Positions 16,648 to 17,687 of a stretch of DNA of 17,687 nt are shown piece by piece; position 1 is the first letter of the stretch, and each line of letters opens with the position of its first letter. The DNA lies in NCBI GenBank assembly GCA_031409655.1, contig JANNXQ010000203.1:1-17687 (forward strand), read 5' to 3'. Both the position numbers and the translations under genes were made by a program. Origin of the DNA: Chthoniobacteraceae bacterium. Its GTDB lineage: Bacteria > Verrucomicrobiota > Verrucomicrobiia > Chthoniobacterales > Chthoniobacteraceae. The notes below the pieces were generated by a model. The model was not told the DNA's origin, did not search any database, and was given only the letters and a program-made list of their open reading frames with translations.

Positions 16648-16853
16648 TCCGGGGAGCATCCGCGTCTCGCGTGTGGGTCGGGGCGTCTCGCCGCGACGGA
16701 CTTTCTCCGGCTATCATCTGGCAAGAGCTCCGCGCCAGGCAGACAGTCCGGGATGTTCTCTGGGTGCGGAGTTCTCGTCAGGCCTGCGCGATTCGGGAAG
16801 TTCGTTCCGGCGGGACGCCGAAACCCACACGCGAGACGCGGATGCTCCCCGGA
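16648..16853. repeat. REP-like inverted doublet (31-bp perfect, ~58-bp imperfect arms)
   Basis: 16648-16678 is the exact reverse complement of 16823-16853. Similarity extends to 16705/16796 with 8 mismatches over 27 nt. Internal mini-hairpins CGCG-TCT-CGCG and GGCG-TCY-CGCC. Confidence 0.9.
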
Positions 16854-16856
16854 AAC

Positions 16857-17687
16857 TCAGACCGCGCGCGCCGCGGCGGCTTCCCACTCTTTTGTCACTC
16901 GGGCGAGGTCGTCGGAGACGGTCTGGAGTTCGCGATTGAGCTGCATCGCATTGCCGCCCGCTTCGTAGGTCTCGGGCTTTTCGAGTTCGGCGGTCAGTTC
17001 TTTCTGACGGCTCTCGAGCGTGGCGATCTGCATTTCGAGATGAGAGACCAACTGCACGTGCTCGCGCTTCACCTTCGCCTCGGCTTTGCGCTGCTCGGCA
17101 TCCGCGCGGCGTTGCTCCCGGGATTCCCGCATCCCGGGGGTGCCGGCGGTCTTCGTGGGAGCGGCTTCGGCAGGCTGCGCGTTGTGCAATTTCTCCCCGG
17201 CCGTGAGCGCGGCGCGGGCGGACGTGGCCTTCGACTTATCGAGGTAGTACTCGTAGTCGCCTGCGTAGGGCGTGAGTTTTCCGGCGCCGATGTGGAGGAC
17301 CGTCTTGGCCATCGCGCGGATGAAATGCACGTCATGGCTGATGAAGATGAGGGTGCCTTCGTACTGACCAAGCGCGCCGATGAGCGCGTCGATGGAACCG
17401 ATGTCGAGATGCGTCGTCGGCTCGTCCATGAGGAGCAGGTTCGGCGGATCGAGCAGGAGCTTCACCAGCGCGAGCCGCGTCTTTTCTCCGCCACTCAGCA
17501 CGGCCACGGGCTTGAAGACATCGTCGCCGCGGAAGAGGAACGAACCGAGCACGGAACGCGCAGTCTGCTCGGACGGAGGGTTCGGCATGTCCAGCGCGCT
17601 CTCGAGCACGGTGTGCCGCTCATTGAGCATCTCCACGCGATACTGCGCGAAGTAACCGACCTTCACATTGTACCCGACCTCCCGCAC
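16857..17687 (-). CDS. ABC-F family ATP-binding protein (Uup/YheS-like), 5' end beyond window edge
   Basis: Second ABC domain with LSGGEK signature, LLLMDEPTTHLD Walker B and ISHD H-loop, then a C-terminal coiled-coil; no TM segments. Confidence 0.92.
   Translation of the reverse strand: MREVGYNVKVGYFAQYRVEMLNERHTVLESALDMPNPPSEQTARSVLGSFLFRGDDVFKPVAVLSGGEKTRLALVKLLLDPPNLLLMDEPTTHLDIGSIDALIGALGQYEGTLIFISHDVHFIRAMAKTVLHIGAGKLTPYAGDYEYYLDKSKATSARAALTAGEKLHNAQPAEAAPTKTAGTPGMRESREQRRADAEQRKAEAKVKREHVQLVSHLEMQIATLESRQKELTAELEKPETYEAGGNAMQLNRELQTVSDDLARVTKEWEAAAARAV

Noticed and set aside
12237..16853. CRISPR array or IS interpretation of the palindromic repeats
   Set aside because: Only inverted pairs, no direct repeat-spacer series, and no cas or transposase gene in the window.

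Overview
GC-rich bacterial window. Gene content and style suggest PVC superphylum, probably Verrucomicrobiota (inference only). The main hidden feature is missing from the ORF track because it runs off the left edge: a minus-strand gene (<1..1774, GTG start) for a secreted multiheme c-type cytochrome, with six CxxCH motifs in the visible ~590 aa. It starts 1 nt after the stop of a ~800-aa predicted outer-membrane beta-barrel, forming a candidate porin-multiheme cytochrome operon. The other genes are a Tat-exported Gfo/Idh/MocA oxidoreductase, an AI-2E family transporter, rpsT, a degenerate PilZ-like protein, a homocysteine S-methyltransferase coupled to a TVP38/DedA protein, a lipoprotein plus an aldolase-like TIM-barrel protein, a DUF4870-type membrane protein, miaA, an RRM protein (Arg-rich N-terminus, amphipathic helix, long structured upstream region), a VWA/GATase1-like membrane protein and the 3' part of an ABC-F ATPase. 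Two intergenic REP-like inverted doublets share a GGAG + CGCGTC(C)TCGCG architecture. Four sigma70-like promoters have 16-bp spacers, and several genes have short or absent leaders with no Shine-Dalgarno sequence.
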